Sequence record: NC_031927.1
DNA: 64,000 bases
Direction: 5' to 3' (one strand)
Part shown: piece after piece, positions 6,061 to 20,000 of the stretch
How positions within the stretch are numbered: the stretch's first letter is position 1
Layout: each line of letters begins with the position of its first letter
Position numbers and translations under genes: made by a program
The notes under the pieces: generated by a model
What the model saw: only the letters and a program-made list of their open reading frames with translations
Databases searched by the model: none
What the model was told of the DNA's origin: nothing

Positions 6061-7985
6061 TGGCTTTCACTAAGTTTACAAATTTAGACTACGATCAAAT
6101 TAGAGAGTCTATTAAAGATTATTTGCGAGCCAACTCAAACTTTAGTGGGTTTGATTTTGATGGTTCTAATTTTAGTATCCTTATTGATACATTAGCCTAT
6201 AATGCATATATCAACTCGGTAAATGCAAATATGATCGTCAATGAATCCTTTTTGGATTCTGCGACACTACGTAGAAACGTTGTTTCATTGGCTGGTAACA
6301 TTGGTTATCTCCCAAGATCACGCAAAGCTGCTAGAGCTAGAGTCAAGTTCACCGTACAGACCTCTTCTACGACCCCTACGTTGACCTTGAAGGCAGGTCT
6401 AGTTGCTGTTGGGTCAGAAGCTAACAGTAGTTACGTATTTTCCATTCCAGAGGATATTACGACCACTGTGGTGAATGGTGTTGCTCAGTTTGGAACTGAT
6501 GATGAGCCTATTGAGATCTACCAGGGAACATTTGCTAAGACATCATTTAATGTAGATACATCATTAGACCAGAGATTCATTATTGCTAACCCAGATCTAG
6601 ACTATAGTACTCTAGTTGTTAGGATCAAGGATCCTAATGAAGTTGGGTTGGGTAAAGTATGGGAGCGTGTAGAGAATATTATTAAAATTGATAGTAATAG
6701 TGAAATTTATTTCTTAGCTGAAGTAAACCAAGAGAACTATGAACTTCTATTCGGTGATGATATCTTCGGCAAAGCTTTACAGAATGGTCAAGTAATTGAT
6801 TCAACATATATTGTAACAAAAGGTAAAGAAGGTGATGGTCCAGCTAACTTTACATTCTCTGGTTCTCTAGTTAATGATAATGGAGCAATTACTGCACCTT
6901 CTAACGTCATCACTGTAGATACTCTAGAATCGGCTAGAAACGGTGCAGACATAGAGACGGTAGATTCTATCAAGTACTATGCTCCCCGCGTGTATGGAGC
7001 CCAATACAGGGCTGTGACGGGGCGTGACTACGAAGGCATCATTAAGAGCATCTATCCAAACACAGAATCCGTTTCTGTCGTTGGTGGTGAAGAACTTGTA
7101 CCCCCACAATTTGGTAATGTATTAATTAGTATTAAGCCAGTAAATGGTCTTGATGTTAGTGACTTTGATAAGAAGCAAATCTTAGATGGATTAAAGCAAT
7201 ATACTATTGCGGGTATTAATCAAAAAATTGTAGACCTTAAAATTCTATTTGTTGAGCTTGATGCTTCTGTATACTATGATGTTACTAAAGTTGGTAACTC
7301 AAATACACTGAAGACTGATATTATGCGGTCACTAAACTCATATTCAACTTCTATTGATATTAATAAGTTTGGTGGTAGATTTAAGTACTCTAAAGTGCAA
7401 AAAGTTATTGACGATACTGATATTGCTGTAACTTCCAACATCACTAAAGTTATTGTTAGAAGAAACCTAAATGCTGTTCTAAATCAGTTTGCTCAATATG
7501 AGCTTTGCTATGGAAATGCGTTCCATCCGATTGCATCTGGTGGTTCTATTAAGAGTAGTGGATTTACTATTGCTGGTTCACCATCCACTCTATACATAAC
7601 AGATGCTCCAAACAAGGATAATAATGGAAACTTGGATGGGTCTGGTATGGGTACCATATCATTCATCAGTGAAAATATTAATTCTACAGGTTCCTCCAAT
7701 TACATAACTGTTGTTGAAGATGCTGGCTTTGTTGACTATGCAAAAGGTGAGATTCAGTTATTTACTACAAATATAACCGGCACATCATTACCTAATGAGA
7801 TTATTGAAATACAAGCATATCCAAATTCAAATGACGTTATTGGATTGAAGGATTTATATGTCGTATTTGATGTTTCTACTAGTAGGATAAATATGGTTAA
7901 GGATACAATTTCTAGTGGTGAACAGATCTCTGGTGTTGGATTCCCAGTAACATCAAGTTACGGAAACGGCAAACTAACAAGGTAA
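6060..7985 (+). CDS. g6: Baseplate wedge subunit gp6
   Basis: LDYDQIRESIKDYL...FDFDGSNFSILIDTLAYN...ESFLDSATLRRNVVSLA and QYRAVTGRDY motifs. Confidence 0.95.
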   Translation: MAFTKFTNLDYDQIRESIKDYLRANSNFSGFDFDGSNFSILIDTLAYNAYINSVNANMIVNESFLDSATLRRNVVSLAGNIGYLPRSRKAARARVKFTVQTSSTTPTLTLKAGLVAVGSEANSSYVFSIPEDITTTVVNGVAQFGTDDEPIEIYQGTFAKTSFNVDTSLDQRFIIANPDLDYSTLVVRIKDPNEVGLGKVWERVENIIKIDSNSEIYFLAEVNQENYELLFGDDIFGKALQNGQVIDSTYIVTKGKEGDGPANFTFSGSLVNDNGAITAPSNVITVDTLESARNGADIETVDSIKYYAPRVYGAQYRAVTGRDYEGIIKSIYPNTESVSVVGGEELVPPQFGNVLISIKPVNGLDVSDFDKKQILDGLKQYTIAGINQKIVDLKILFVELDASVYYDVTKVGNSNTLKTDIMRSLNSYSTSIDINKFGGRFKYSKVQKVIDDTDIAVTSNITKVIVRRNLNAVLNQFAQYELCYGNAFHPIASGGSIKSSGFTIAGSPSTLYITDAPNKDNNGNLDGSGMGTISFISENINSTGSSNYITVVEDAGFVDYAKGEIQLFTTNITGTSLPNEIIEIQAYPNSNDVIGLKDLYVVFDVSTSRINMVKDTISSGEQISGVGFPVTSSYGNGKLTR

Positions 7986-8001
7986 CAACAGGTATCTTAG
8001 C

Positions 8002-11000
8002 ATGATTGGTACTGGTATTGATGTGAGAGTGAAGATTCAAGATATTGTTTCTTCACAACTTCCCGAATTTATTTTAAGTGAAGCGCCATTAACTGATGAC
8101 TTCTTAAAACAGTTTTATGTCTCCCAGGAATTTCAGGGAGGGGCAATTGATTTTGCTACAAATTTAGACCAGTACCTAGACCTAAACAACCTAAGTTCAG
8201 ATTCTCTCTACGGCACATTTGAACTAACCCAAGATATATCATCCACAGATACAGAAGTATTTGTAAATACAACAAAAAGTTTCCCTGGCGAGTGGGGGCT
8301 CTTAAAGGTCAATGATGAAATCATGACCTATACTGGTATTACAACCAATTCTTTCACTGGCGTTGTAAGGGGCTTCAGTGGAGTAACTTCACTTCATGCT
8401 GAAGGTGCTCCCGAAGAGATTGTATTTAATGCCACAGAGGCTTCTAGCCACCTCTCAGGTGCTTCTGTAACAAACCTAAGCACATTATTCCTAAAAGAAT
8501 TTTATAAAAAGCTCTCATACACATTTGCTCCTGGTTTTGAGGACCTAGATGTTGATTCTGAACTTGATGTAGGCAACTGGATTCGACAGGTTCGTTCATT
8601 CTTCCAAACAAAGGGAAGTGAGGAGTCAATCATTATTCTCTTCAAAGTTTTATATGGGGAGAAGCCAACTGTTATTGACTTGGAAGATTTCCTAATCAAG
8701 CCATCAACAGCAGAGTACTCTAGGAGAGATTATGCGGTAGCTATTCCCGTTGAAGGAAATCCAATTGACCTCAAAGGTAAAACTATCTTTCAAGTAGGCA
8801 GCCCCAATGTATTTGGTGCTGTTTCTGAGATTGAAGCATTTACTCGTGATGGGAGATTGTATTATAGGATTTATTTCTTCGTATCTAATGAAGAGGTATT
8901 GAATGAAAGAAAGCTATTCACAATTCCTGGAAGAACTCAATGCCAGAGGGAATGGAATCCTGGTGATACAACGCTCACCGTAGATACTACTATTGGCTTC
9001 CGCGATAATGGTGAGTTCATAACAGCGGACGGCATTGTATTCAATTACGAACAGAGGAGTGTTAATCAATTCCTAGGTGTTACTTGTTCTGTTCCAACAA
9101 AGAAAGTTCTAATTACTGATGAGATCATTGACAATATAATTGTCTCTGGTATGAATGATCTTGGGGAAGAAGTTACTTTGCGCCTAACTGGAGTTATTTC
9201 TGATATTAATTTTGGTGATGATATTCCATTTAATTTCCAAGGTGAGAAAATTCGTGTAGATACTCTAGGTGAAAGTATTTTAAGTAATATTGCTACTAGA
9301 GACGAATCAACCGTACCAGAAATTATTGCTAATAGCTTTGTATATAATACAAGTGTTAGATTTGAAGTGGAAAGTGTTAATGGTACTTCATTCATTTTAT
9401 CAGCACCTTACTTAGACAAATCATCTATTGATGTTGGAGATACTGTTGATATCCTTCCACGTGGTGGTCAGAATGCTTATATCATAGGTGCTCTAGTTAC
9501 CGAAGTTGATTTTGTTAACTCTACCGTTACAATTAATAACTCATTCGGTATTCCAGTTAACCAGTCACTGGATATTAGGAGAAATCAAAAATATGCTAAT
9601 AGTAGTGGAGCTAGAATTGACTATGGTAACAATGCCGTACTATCAAATGTTTTGAACTTATATGATGGTAGAGAGTACGATTCAAATTACTACGTAGCAA
9701 CTAATTCACTACCATCCTATGAAATCTCTGCCAATATTGTAGAGAGTTCATTAGTTAGTCCAACACAACAGAGCTTTGATGATTTTAATAGTTTCACTGG
9801 TGAGTATTCAACTATTATCTTTGCGGGTGATGTTAATTTTTATACCGGGGATTTAGTTACTTATTCCGTAAGTGAAGGAGCAACTTCATTAACTGAAACT
9901 GGGGAATATTATGTTCAAGTTCTATCTGATAGAAGAAAGGTTAAGCTTTTTGTTTCTCCATCATTTATTGGAAGTGAGAATTCAGTTGGACTTGTATATA
10001 CTCCAGACTCAGGCTCACATTTCTTTACTCTAGAAAGTCAGAAGACACGTGAAATTTCAACTAAGCGTATTTTTAGAAAAATTCCTGTATCTGATAGTTT
10101 AGTTGCTATTGATAGAACTCCTGAAGAAACTACTCCTGGTTCTATCGCAGTATTGACTAATGGTGTGGAGATTGTTTCATATAAGTCTCCAAATAAAGTA
10201 TACCTGGGTCCACTTGAGAGATTAGATGTTGGATCACGTGGTGAAGGATATAGTGTAATATCTCCACCCAAAATCTACATTGCCGAACCTGATGTTCAGC
10301 TATATGAAGGTGGTACTGGTAGTGTAGTTCCTACTAAAGCTACAAGTACTCCAGTAATTAAAGGTAAGTTAGAGGAAATTCTAATTGACCCACAGGACTT
10401 TGATATTAAAGAAGTATTCAGTATCACTGTCAGGGGTGGTAATAGTCGTGGTGCATCAGCTGTTCCTATTATTGATAAAAAGAATAGGGAACTACCTTTT
10501 GATAGTAGAGTTACTACATTGGGTGGCGGTGTTAATCCTGATGATAACAGCATCCTTTTTCAGAGCAATCATAATTTAACAGAAGGAACTGCATTAGTTT
10601 ATAATAACAAGGGTGCTGATAGTATTGGTATTACCCTTTCAGATAATACTGATTTTAGTACAGGTGCAACTCTTTCTAATGGTGGAGTTTATTATGCTAA
10701 AATATTAAACAATAGAACTATTCAATTATTCGAGACTTTAGAGTCTTTGAATAATGGTGGAGATCCAGTATTTCTATCATCAAATCTAACTGGGTATGGT
10801 TTTCAGTCATTTGATACATTAAGGGCTGATAGATTGATTGGAGCAACAATCACTGATGATGGTGGAGACTTTTTCTATAGAAATATGTCCTTCAATCCAT
10901 CAAATGTATTTGATGAGTATGATGAAATCAGATACGTATCCCACGGATTTAATAGTGGGGATATTGTAGAGTATGGGACTACTGGAACTGTTATTAGTGG

Positions 11001-14000
11001 AATGTCCACACAGAATCAGTACTATGTCTACAAAGTAAATGATAATGTACTAAAACTATCTGATGCCGGTATTGGAGCAACTATATCCAGCAACTATGAT
11101 AGGTTGGAATTTGTTGACTTTAATAGTTCTGGTACAGGCACTCATAATATCAAATATCCAGACATCACAGCCGATGTTGTAGTTTCTTTTGCTAGTAGTG
11201 CAACTGGAACAATTGTAGCTAGTCCTATTATCCGTGGATCAATTGAACAAGTCTATACAGATGATGGTGGATATTATGGTAGTGATATTATTAATTTTGA
11301 AAAAAATCCAGAAGTATATCCAATTGGTGGGTCACTGGCTAAATTATCACCATCAATTGTTAATGGGATTGTTAATTTTGTTCAAATTATCAATACTGGA
11401 AAAAACTACTCTGATTGTCCTGAATTAGTTGTTAGTGATTCTAGCGGCGCTGGAACTGGTGCTAAATTAAGGGCAGTTGTTGTAGACGGCGAAATAATAG
11501 ATGTTATCATAATTAGTGGTGGTATTGGTTATAATTCGGCATCTACAACTATTGAAGTCCTTGAGACTGGTAGAGATGCGCTAATTATTCCTAGAATTAG
11601 AGACCTAACAATCAATCTAAATTCTAGATTTGGATTTGAGGTTCTTAGTCAAAATAACTATAGGATCGTATCATATAATAGAGTCCTTAGAGAAGGCGTT
11701 TATAGTGATGTTGGTAACTTCCACTCACCTATTATTGGTTGGGCTAATGATGGTAATCCAATTTATGGTGGTTTTGGTTTCTCCGACCCCCAGGATACTA
11801 ACTCAGAAATCCGTGCTATGGAGACCGCATATGAATTGGCTCCCAATGATGTATATGGTAGACCTTCACAGACAGCATATCCAGCTGGTTTCTTCATTGA
11901 GGATTACAAGTATGTTGATGGTGGTGACCTAGATGAATACAATGGTCGTTACTGCCGCACACCAGACTTCCCCAATGGTGTATATGCATACTTTGCTGGA
12001 ATTTCACCAGACCCACAGTCAAGTGCTAGAGAGCCACAGTTCCCATACTTCATTGGACCTAAGTTTAGGGATTCTGCAATTGATTCAAATAGTACTAATG
12101 TTGATCAGAGCTTTGATCTTAATGATAAGCCAATCTTTAGAAATACATTCCCATACTATGTTGGGAGTCCAGTAGCTGGTAGTGAGTTCATCGATCAATC
12201 CTATCTATTTGATATTCAGGATAGTATTGTACAATCAACTTCTCCAGGAACTATTGATTCCATTTCAATTGTTGGTGACGGAAAAGATTACTCCGTTGGT
12301 GATGTACCTTTATTTAATTCTGATGAAGATTTTATCAGTGCTACTATATCTCAGGTAACTGGTATTGGTGTATCAGAAGTTAGAGAAAATACCCTATCTT
12401 ACAGTAAGTTAGATACAGCAGTAATTAGATTAGATCAGAAAACTATTCGCATATATGTTTCCCCCAATCACCAATACAATGATAACGACTCTGTTATTAT
12501 TAGTGGATTAAGTACGATTACATCCACTATTAGTGGATCAAGAATTGTAAATATAGATAACTCAGCAATGACTCTATATTCACCAGTTCAGCCTATCGTA
12601 AATGATGGTGTTACTGATATATTTGTAAATTCAATATCTCAAAATGTGAGTGTTGGATCTTCAATTGAAATTGGTAATCCCGGCGAAACTGAATTGGTAA
12701 GTGTATTAAATATCTTCCCAATCAATAAGGCACTTCGTGTATATCGCCCTGTTGGGTTTAATACTGTCGCAAACATTGGTGATCTCGTATCACCATTACC
12801 AAACTTCTTTGATGTTAATGTTAGAACTCCCGAGTTTGAGTCCGAGCTTGACTATGCGTATAACTTCAATCCAAAACAATCTTTAAGTATTGCTCCATCT
12901 CTTGGAGAATCTACTAGTAGAGTTTATAGTATTGGTAGTATTGATTACCCAATATCAGTACCTGCTGCGTCAATTTATGCACCAAACCATCAATTTAAAA
13001 ACTTAGAGGAAGTTGTATTTACTAAGCCAGCTAATGGTATTAGCCTTGATGGATTGGATTCAAATAATAATCCAGTTGTTGTTCCTATCATTGGCGATAG
13101 CCAAGTGCTGTATGTTCATAACATTTCCAAAGACTACATTGGGTTGAGATTTACTCCTAGTGACGAAGACATCATCTTCCTCACGGATGCTTCCGATCTA
13201 TTCACATATTCTATAAAAACAAATAGGTTTGTTGAAACTGCAAACTTGGATAGAATTCGTGCCGAAGTCACTACTATTAAACCTCATCAACTAAAGAATA
13301 ATGATACTGTTACTATTAGTGTATCTGCGTTGAATTCTTCCGGCATTGGAACTGCTTCCGATGTTTATATTCAGTTTGATGAAATTTCGCAGTCATTGAT
13401 CGTTGATCCAAAATTTGCTACATCAGCAGATATCTCAACTGAATTGAATCTCGTCTTCATTGAAGATCACGGATATATTTTGGGAGACTATGTTTTATAT
13501 GAGTGTGATGGAACTTCTATTTCTGGATTAACAACTCATTCCAAATATTTTATCATTCCATTTGATACCGATAGATTCTATCTAGCGGAAACTGCTATTG
13601 ATGTTAAGATTGGATCTGAGCTTCCTATCATATTGGGTTCTACTGGTTCTGGTGAGCATAAGTTCTCCAAAGTTAATCCAGAACTCAATATTACCGGCAA
13701 TCACGATATATTGTTCGATGTATCTGATCCATCACTTTTAAATAGAGAGCTAAAGTTCTTCTACGATCAGAATCTAACAGAAGTATTTGAGAATAATGGT
13801 ATTGATCCCGTATTTGTTGTTAGTGGAGTTTCTAGTGAAGGAACTATTGGAGCAACTAAAGAGATTAGATTCTCTGAAAACAATCCTGGAGTAATTTATT
13901 ACGGTATTGAGTCTGGTGGATACATCTCCACATCAGATACTAATGCAATCGCATATAACTCAATTAAGTATGTTAATAGTGTATATTCTACTAAAGGAAC

Positions 14001-17000
14001 TATCACATCAGAAGATGATAATGTATTCTCATTATCTTTATCAGAGAAGCCCGAAGTTCCTCTATACACATCCACCAATTCCTTACTATCGTATACTACT
14101 TCATCCAAAAATACTGTTGGGGGTGTAGGTGAGGTTAGGATTATCTCTAGTGGAAATAATTTTAAGACTCTACCAGAATTTATAACAATACAAAGTGAGA
14201 CTGGAAACAACGCATCATTGAGAGCAAATTCCAGTGATATTGGTAGGCTTTCATCATTCAGGATTCAGAATGCTGGATGGGCATATTCTGCAGATAAGAC
14301 ATTGAGTCCTAAGGGAATCGTCCAACCAAGTATTAAATTCACTAATTCTGACTTTGTATCTTCAATTGACGTTATTAATGGTGGAATTGGATATCAGGTA
14401 AATCCTGATGTTGTTCTAATTGATGCTATCACTAGACAAACCATAGATAATGGCTCATTAATTGCAAATACACAATCATCTAAGATTGTTGAAATTGAAA
14501 TTGATGTTGCACCATCAGGTCTTTCAAAAAATCCTCACGAATTATACACAACTAATAATGGTAATGGTATTCCTATTCTTGAGATCATTGATATCGATTC
14601 AACCTCAGCAGAAGTAGTATTTTCCCTACAAACACCTATTATTGGTTATGCATCAACTCCATTTGAGATTGGAGACCAAGTATTCATTGAGAATATCTTC
14701 TCAGATAGTACTGATTCATCCAACTTAAATTCTAGTGATTATGGATATTCATTCTTTGATGTTGTTTCGGTAATTTCATCCAATCCAACTATTATTACCG
14801 TTAAGTATCCAGAAAGTGCGGTTGATAACATCTATACTGGTATTGGAGCAACTAATCAAGGTGCCTTCTCTTCCATTGTTAATAGGAAAAATTATCCAGA
14901 ATTCCAAGTAAATCAAACTACTGCAGTATTTGTTATTGGTGAGAGACTATCAGTTATTATTGATGGTGATGATAGAGAAACTGATTTAATTATTGAAGAA
15001 TCCAATACTAATTTCTTTAAGGTCAGTGGTAATTATGACTTGCTTACAGGTGATACTGTTCGTGGAAACGTTAGTGGTATTGAAGCTACTGTAACGGATA
15101 TCGACAAGAGTTTCTGTAGGTACGTTGTAGACACTGTTAGTCGCACAAGTATTGGTTGGAGAGATTCTATTGGATTTACTAATGATGAATTTCAAGTAAC
15201 ACCAAATAATGATTACTATCAGAATCTTTCATATTCCATTAAGAGTACTATTGGCTTTGAGACACTTATTGGACCAGTCAATCGTCTAGTACATCCAGCT
15301 GGATTGAAAAACTTCTCGGATACTAAAATTGAGTCAATTGGTGTTGTTGGTCTTGGAACGACAGCTATTACAACCGACCCATCAATCACCATTGATTTCA
15401 TTGGATTGACTGATGTATCAGATACCCCATTGCGCGTTGATAGAATTAACGTATTTGATTTGGGGTATGATTCAAACGTTAACAATAACAAGACCAATGA
15501 GATCCGATTTAATAGCGCTACACCTGAGAAGAGGTTAACTAATTATTTTGAAGTGAAGACTAACCGAGTATTACTAATTGATGATATTAGTAGTTCATTT
15601 ATTGATAGTGATAATCTAAGGGCTCAGAATGATTTTATAGACTTTGATGTTATTACTTCAGTTTATACTAGAGGTATTATTCAAGTTAGAAATCCATCTA
15701 CCGATCAAGTCCAACTATCAGAAATTATATCTCTAACATATGATGATAATGCATATACGCTTAGTAAAGCTAGTGTATATGATGGAAACGTTCCGCACGG
15801 TATTTTCCAATCTACTTCATTAACTAGTAGTGATTATACATTGAGGTTTATTCCAACTGAACCAGATACATTTGATATGGATCTAAAGCTATTGACTCAA
15901 AAGTTTGATAGTAACTCTATTGGTGCAAAGGAACTTGGATATGTAACTCTTGGAGGTCTTGCTAGAACTGCACCTGCATTATCATCAACTCTTGTATATT
16001 CAGCACCAAATAATTCCATTAATGCTGTAGCACTTCAAGTATATGTGCAGAAAGCAAGTGGTCAACCATCATACTATGAAGTATATGCATTTGTTGCTAA
16101 TGGTGAAGTTTTATCAAAAACATACAATTTTACTGGTGATCCCATTAGAGAGTCAAACTCACCTGGATTTGACTTTATATCTATTCTAGATGGTGGTGGT
16201 AAGATTAGGATTTCTGTAGAGAACACGGATGCTGATTTCTTACGTATCAACACAAGAGAACTTGAGTATAAAGCAACTGCTTCTGGAGAAAATCCATACA
16301 GGTTCAAAAAGGATAATATCTTTGATGGTTCTGAAAGAGGATTGAATCTTCTATCCGAGCAGACTGTTGGGTCTACAACAGATTCATCCATCAATGTATT
16401 AACATTAAATAGTGAGCTATTCCAAACAGCCAAGTTGGTAGTATACATTGAGGGTACCACTATCGGTGCTATCCATCAAGTTATGGTAGCCAATTCTGAT
16501 GGATCAACATACAACGAAACATATCCATTCATTACTGAGGGTGATGGATCTGGTGGTTCGGGTATTGGTACATTTGGAGCTACTATCAATGGTAGTGACT
16601 GGAACATTGAGTTCTATCCAGATTCTAGTTTTTCTGCGCAGTCATTGACCTTCACAACATATGCTGAAGCATTTTATCGCGAGTATGATGCAGTTAACTA
16701 TGATCCAAGACCACTTACTTACCAAAATAACGAAGAGGCATATTTCTTAGAGATATACAATACCCCTCTAGGTAATAGAACTAATAAGGTTAGTTTTCCA
16801 ATTCAATATAATGGAATACCAGTATATGAAAAGGGGTTTGATCCAATTGCAGTCATTGATGATTCTAGTGATGTTATTTCATTGAATAATCATTTCTTTA
16901 GTGATTCTGAAGAATTGTATTATGAGTTTGGTGATACCGTTAGTACAGTAATACCAGAGGCAATTGGAATTGTTCCTGTTATTGATTACTTGGGCATAAG

Positions 17001-20000
17001 TACCGACAAGATGCCTTCTAAGGTATGGGCAATTAAAATTGACTTAAATAAATTCCGAGTTTCAGCAACAAAAGAAGACGCTGATCGGGGTATTTATATC
17101 GATATCGTTGATTTTGGTGTGGGCAACAACCATAAGTTTGGTATGGAAAAGAAATTGGAGAAATCACTCTATACAATTGATGGAGTTATTCAATCCCCAA
17201 TCGCACAAGCTAACTTAGTATATGAGTTGGATTCATCCACAACAGATAATGATAAGTTATTGCAACTAGTTGGAATATCCTCTATTACTGCTGGAGATAT
17301 CTTATTAGTTGATGAAGAATACATTATCATTGAAGATGTTGGATTTGCTGAGCAGGCTTCTGGTCCAATCTCTAATACTGGATCTATACCACTTATCGAG
17401 GTTAAGCGTGGTACTTTAGGATCATTATCAACATCACATTCAGCAGGAGCAGAAATGTTCTTATTTAGGGGTTCGTATAATATTGTTGGAAACAACCTCA
17501 TTTTTACTGAAGCACCAAATGGTAGTGGTCCACAACAACCAAACCAAAGTAACTTAGTGATTGTGAACTCATCTTTCCAAGGAAGAGTATTCTTACAGCA
17601 GAACTACGATAAGATTGCAATTTTTGATGATATTAGTTCTGAATTTGATGGAACTACTGAGCAATTCAAATTGACTTCTGGTGGAATAACAACAGGGGGA
17701 GTTGAGAATGGTAGTGGAGTATTGATAATCAATGATATCTATCAAACACCAACAACTACAAATAATGAGGGTAACAATTATTACTTTACTGATGCCGAAA
17801 AGAATATTGTATATTCTTGGAGTGACCTTGGCGATACTAGCCAATGTTTAGTCGGTGAAATCAGAATAAGTGATTCTGAAGATGAAATTGGTCTATCCAA
17901 CATAGACTTAAATTCCATTGATCAGGAAGCATATTTTAATACCTTAGTTGCGGGTGATGAATACGTAGTTAATGTTAAGTATAGTGAATCTCAGTTTGAG
18001 TATCGCGGTAATTATCAAGCATCTCTACCAGGAAATACTACCAGATTTGTAGGTGGTTCTGTTATTAGTGGAATTGTAACTACAACTGATGATGTCGTTG
18101 ATGTTACCATTGTACCAGTTATTCCAAAATCAGATGTTGTATTTACCGGCATTAGATCTCCAATCACTGGACTACGTGTTGAATCTGAGTTTGATGTAAA
18201 TCAAAACCAAATTCCTCGTGGTGGTCTCATCGTATCCCTCGGATCAACTCCTGGACTGGGTTATGCTCCACTAGTTGATGCTATCTTGGAACCAGAAGTT
18301 GTTGGTGGTGAGATTGTCGGTGTTTACACAGGCAATAACATTGGAGAAACTACGCAAGTTAGATGGGCTGTCTATGACAATGAAACTGGTGAGTTGACTG
18401 TTAGTTTCTATGGGAACGCCACTACAGCCCAGGAGCCCGTCAGTGGTGCTGTTTACTTTAAGGAGAGTGGTAGGCTATTAGTTACTACACCAGCTTCTCT
18501 AAGCGGTCAGAGCATCCTTACAGGTGATTTGGTGTCATTGGACGCATTACTATTTGAGTGTAGTTCTGGTGGAGCACCTTCACAGCAGATTTTTCCTGAT
18601 CGGGACTCTGTATTTACTATTGAGTCTATTGTTAACGACAATACATTCTCAGTTTCTGTTGGAATATCCACTCTAGATCATACATACATTGCGGGTGGTA
18701 CATGGCAGAAAGTCCTACCATTTGAGTTTGGTCGCCAAGAGTTGAATCCAAGCTTTGTATATCTAAACAACCTGGAATTTGAATGTCCAAGTGGTCAGAC
18801 TGCTGGTTTGACTACAACTCTATTCCCAACAGACACCAATAACTTCCCAGTAATTACTAGGGATGATGGAGCACACTTGAGACTTCAAGTAGGTATTTCA
18901 ACTCTAGTTCACAACTATGTTGGTGGCGGTACTATCGGGGAGATTACAAAGAACTCCGTTGGTTCGGGATATAACAGTGTAGTTTCTATTGGAATTACTG
19001 AAGCTGGTCATACGGGCGCGGCTGCGTCTATTCGCGGAATCCCTGGTCCTGGTGGAGAACTACAGATCGTGATTGATGATCCTGGTAGTGGATATGTTGA
19101 TCCATACATCTGGGCACCATCACCAAACTACTTCAATCTACCCATCAAAGGTATTTCACGCAGAGATGGAACAACAGACACTGGTAAAAACTTGTTTGTT
19201 ACTTGTGAAGTTGGTGGAGCCACAACCACTGCTATTGGTAAATCCGAATACTTTGAAGTTATTAATTATGAAATAAGTAACTTGGGTTATGGTTTTATGG
19301 AAGGTGATGTTGTAACTGTTGTTGGACTAGTTACTGATAAGAGTTTATCACAACCAATCGAAGAGTTTCAATTAACAGTATTGGATACATTTACTGACAA
19401 TTTCTCTTACTGGAATTATGGTCAGCAAGACTATATTGATAGTATTTCATCATTGCAAGATGGAATCAGAACAAGATTCCCTCTAATCTATAATGGAGAA
19501 TTATTATCCTTTGAAAAAAATCCTTTGGATGAAGATTCTGATGCTATCGATTTAAACTCTATCCTATTAATCTATGTGAATTCTGTACTGCAAGTTCCTG
19601 AAGTTGCTTATAGGTTTAATGGAGGAACATCATTTGAATTTACAGAACCACCTTTACCCGCTGATGATATTGATATCTATTTCTATAGGGGAAATAGAGA
19701 CCTTGATAGTATTGAGGTCACAACAATAACTGAGTCAATCAGACCTGGTGATGATTTACAAATCATGAAGAATGACGTTTATGATTTGAGTAAGACCCAG
19801 GATATTAGGTTGGTGACTCAAATCAAATCTTCAGATACTGTTAGGACTAACATCTATTCCGGCAATCGTGATTTGGATACTATAAATCCACGCCCTGTTG
19901 CTTGGGATAAGCAGAAGAGAGATATCTTCATCTATGGAGAACCAGCATTCAAAACTAGAGATAGTCTTGAGTCTGATATTAGACCTGATGCATCTATTAT

